NCBI GenBank assembly: GCA_030390025.1 | Contig: CM059431.1 | Location: forward strand, 98,830,001 to 98,894,000 | Source: Squalus acanthias | Taxonomy: Eukaryota | Length of the DNA stretch: 64,000 nt | Direction of reading: 5' to 3' | Shown here: one piece after another, positions 62,776 to 64,000 of the stretch | How positions within the stretch are numbered: the first letter of the stretch is position 1 | Layout of the letters: each line of letters opens with the position of its first letter | Made by a program: the position numbers and the translations under genes | Notes under the pieces: model-generated | The model's input: the letters and a program-made list of their open reading frames with translations, nothing else | What the model was told of the DNA's origin: nothing | Databases searched by the model: none

Positions 62776-64000
62776 CAAATCAAGCTCAGCCAAATCTACA
62801 AGCATCACTCGAGAGCAACTCCAAACTTCTCTCCAACACAAGCCACCTCCTCCGATATTCTTCTACCATACCTTCCATCCTCACCTCACACATTAAAGTA
62901 CAAGGAAATCATGCACTTTTGTCCAAAATCAAGGCTTCAGTCTGCTCCCTTCCACTGTCCTCCAGCCACACTCCAGCCCTCCATCACCCGATCCCTTTCC
63001 CTCATACTCTAGTCACCACCCTCTATCCCGGCCCTCAAAATCACATCATGAAATACACAACTAATTTCCTCAATCCCCTCCAAGCTCCTGTCCACCCAAC
63101 CTTCATTCCTCAGCCCCTTGCTCACTAACAAACCTGTCCCCTACCTCCTTCAAAACTATAGTCATTATCCCTCTCAAAAAAAAATCCTCAACCATTCCAT
63201 TCTCAAAATTCATTTGGGAGAAATTCCCATATCCAGCACTTCAATTCAAGCAACTTGAAGGGTCAGAACGTGCAACAATGTACAAGTGAGGATTACAAGA
63301 ACGTGTTATCTTTAGGATTTCGAAGAGGAACATAAGTTCTCCCCAATAAGAACTTTGACTCATTTCCTCGCTCATAGAAGCCGGACACTGTAGGCTGCAG
63401 TCTCATTCACCAACACAAACGCCACCACTTCAGATAAACTGCATACATCCCAGAGCTGCCCCATTCACCAACACAAACACCACTTCCGACAGCCTGGATA
63501 CCAATCTGAAAAAAAGCCAGCGCTGGACAGATGCTATGTACTCACTCAAACCGTCTCTCGTTTAATGTGCTGGTGCACATGGCAACTCCAGGCTCCCTGA
63601 ATTACCAACCTTTCAGTCCTCCCCTCCCAAATACACCAAGTCAATGCCCAGAACATCTGCCTCTTCCAATAATGCCAAGTAACTGGTGACCTGAACGTGC
63701 TCATATTACCAACATCCACCTCTGACAAGTTCTCTCTCCAAGAGGGACTCATTGGGATACTGTCATTGTTCAAGACCTTTGCGAGGCTACAGTAAGATAA
63801 GCCATACGGCTTTTCTGGCTGTACATTAAACCACCCCTAGTGCCTTCATTAGCACCGCGAGTCAAGAGCTACCACAAACCCACATCTCATCACCACCACT
63901 CGCCTTTACAGTGCAACAGATACACATATGCTGTAAATGATTAACTATTAAAAATACTAACAGGGTAGCAATTTAAACACAGCAGATATTCTCATTTCAA

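Overview
Vertebrate genomic DNA, very probably shark/chondrichthyan, judged from the repeat complement (CR1 and L2 LINEs, Deu-type and V-type SINEs, Penelope-like elements, Harbinger relics). Two host genes lie on the minus strand. One is the 5' part of a GRAMD1C-like gene (putative coding exon 1 in a CpG island near 25.6 kb, four GRAM-domain exons at 15.9, 13.0, 9.8 and 6.9 kb). The other is the last two exons and a ~3.6 kb candidate 3' UTR of ATP6V1A, the same order and orientation as human 3q13. Between them, on the plus strand and apparently head-to-head with GRAMD1C, is an intact multi-exon type I membrane immunoglobulin-superfamily gene that I cannot assign to a known orthologue. It has a leader exon (27.9 kb), one exon encoding an S/T/E-rich mucin-like segment plus a germline-joined VJ-type V domain (47.1-47.7 kb), an uncharged TM exon (48.6 kb) and two candidate terminal exons that each encode 22 aa ending Y-x-V-stop. 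The rest is mostly nested transposable elements: a decayed Gypsy inside a MITE, stacked CR1s, two Penelope-like insertions with minimal hammerhead ribozyme motifs, and two minisatellites arising inside retroposons. All calls are by eye; no searches were run.
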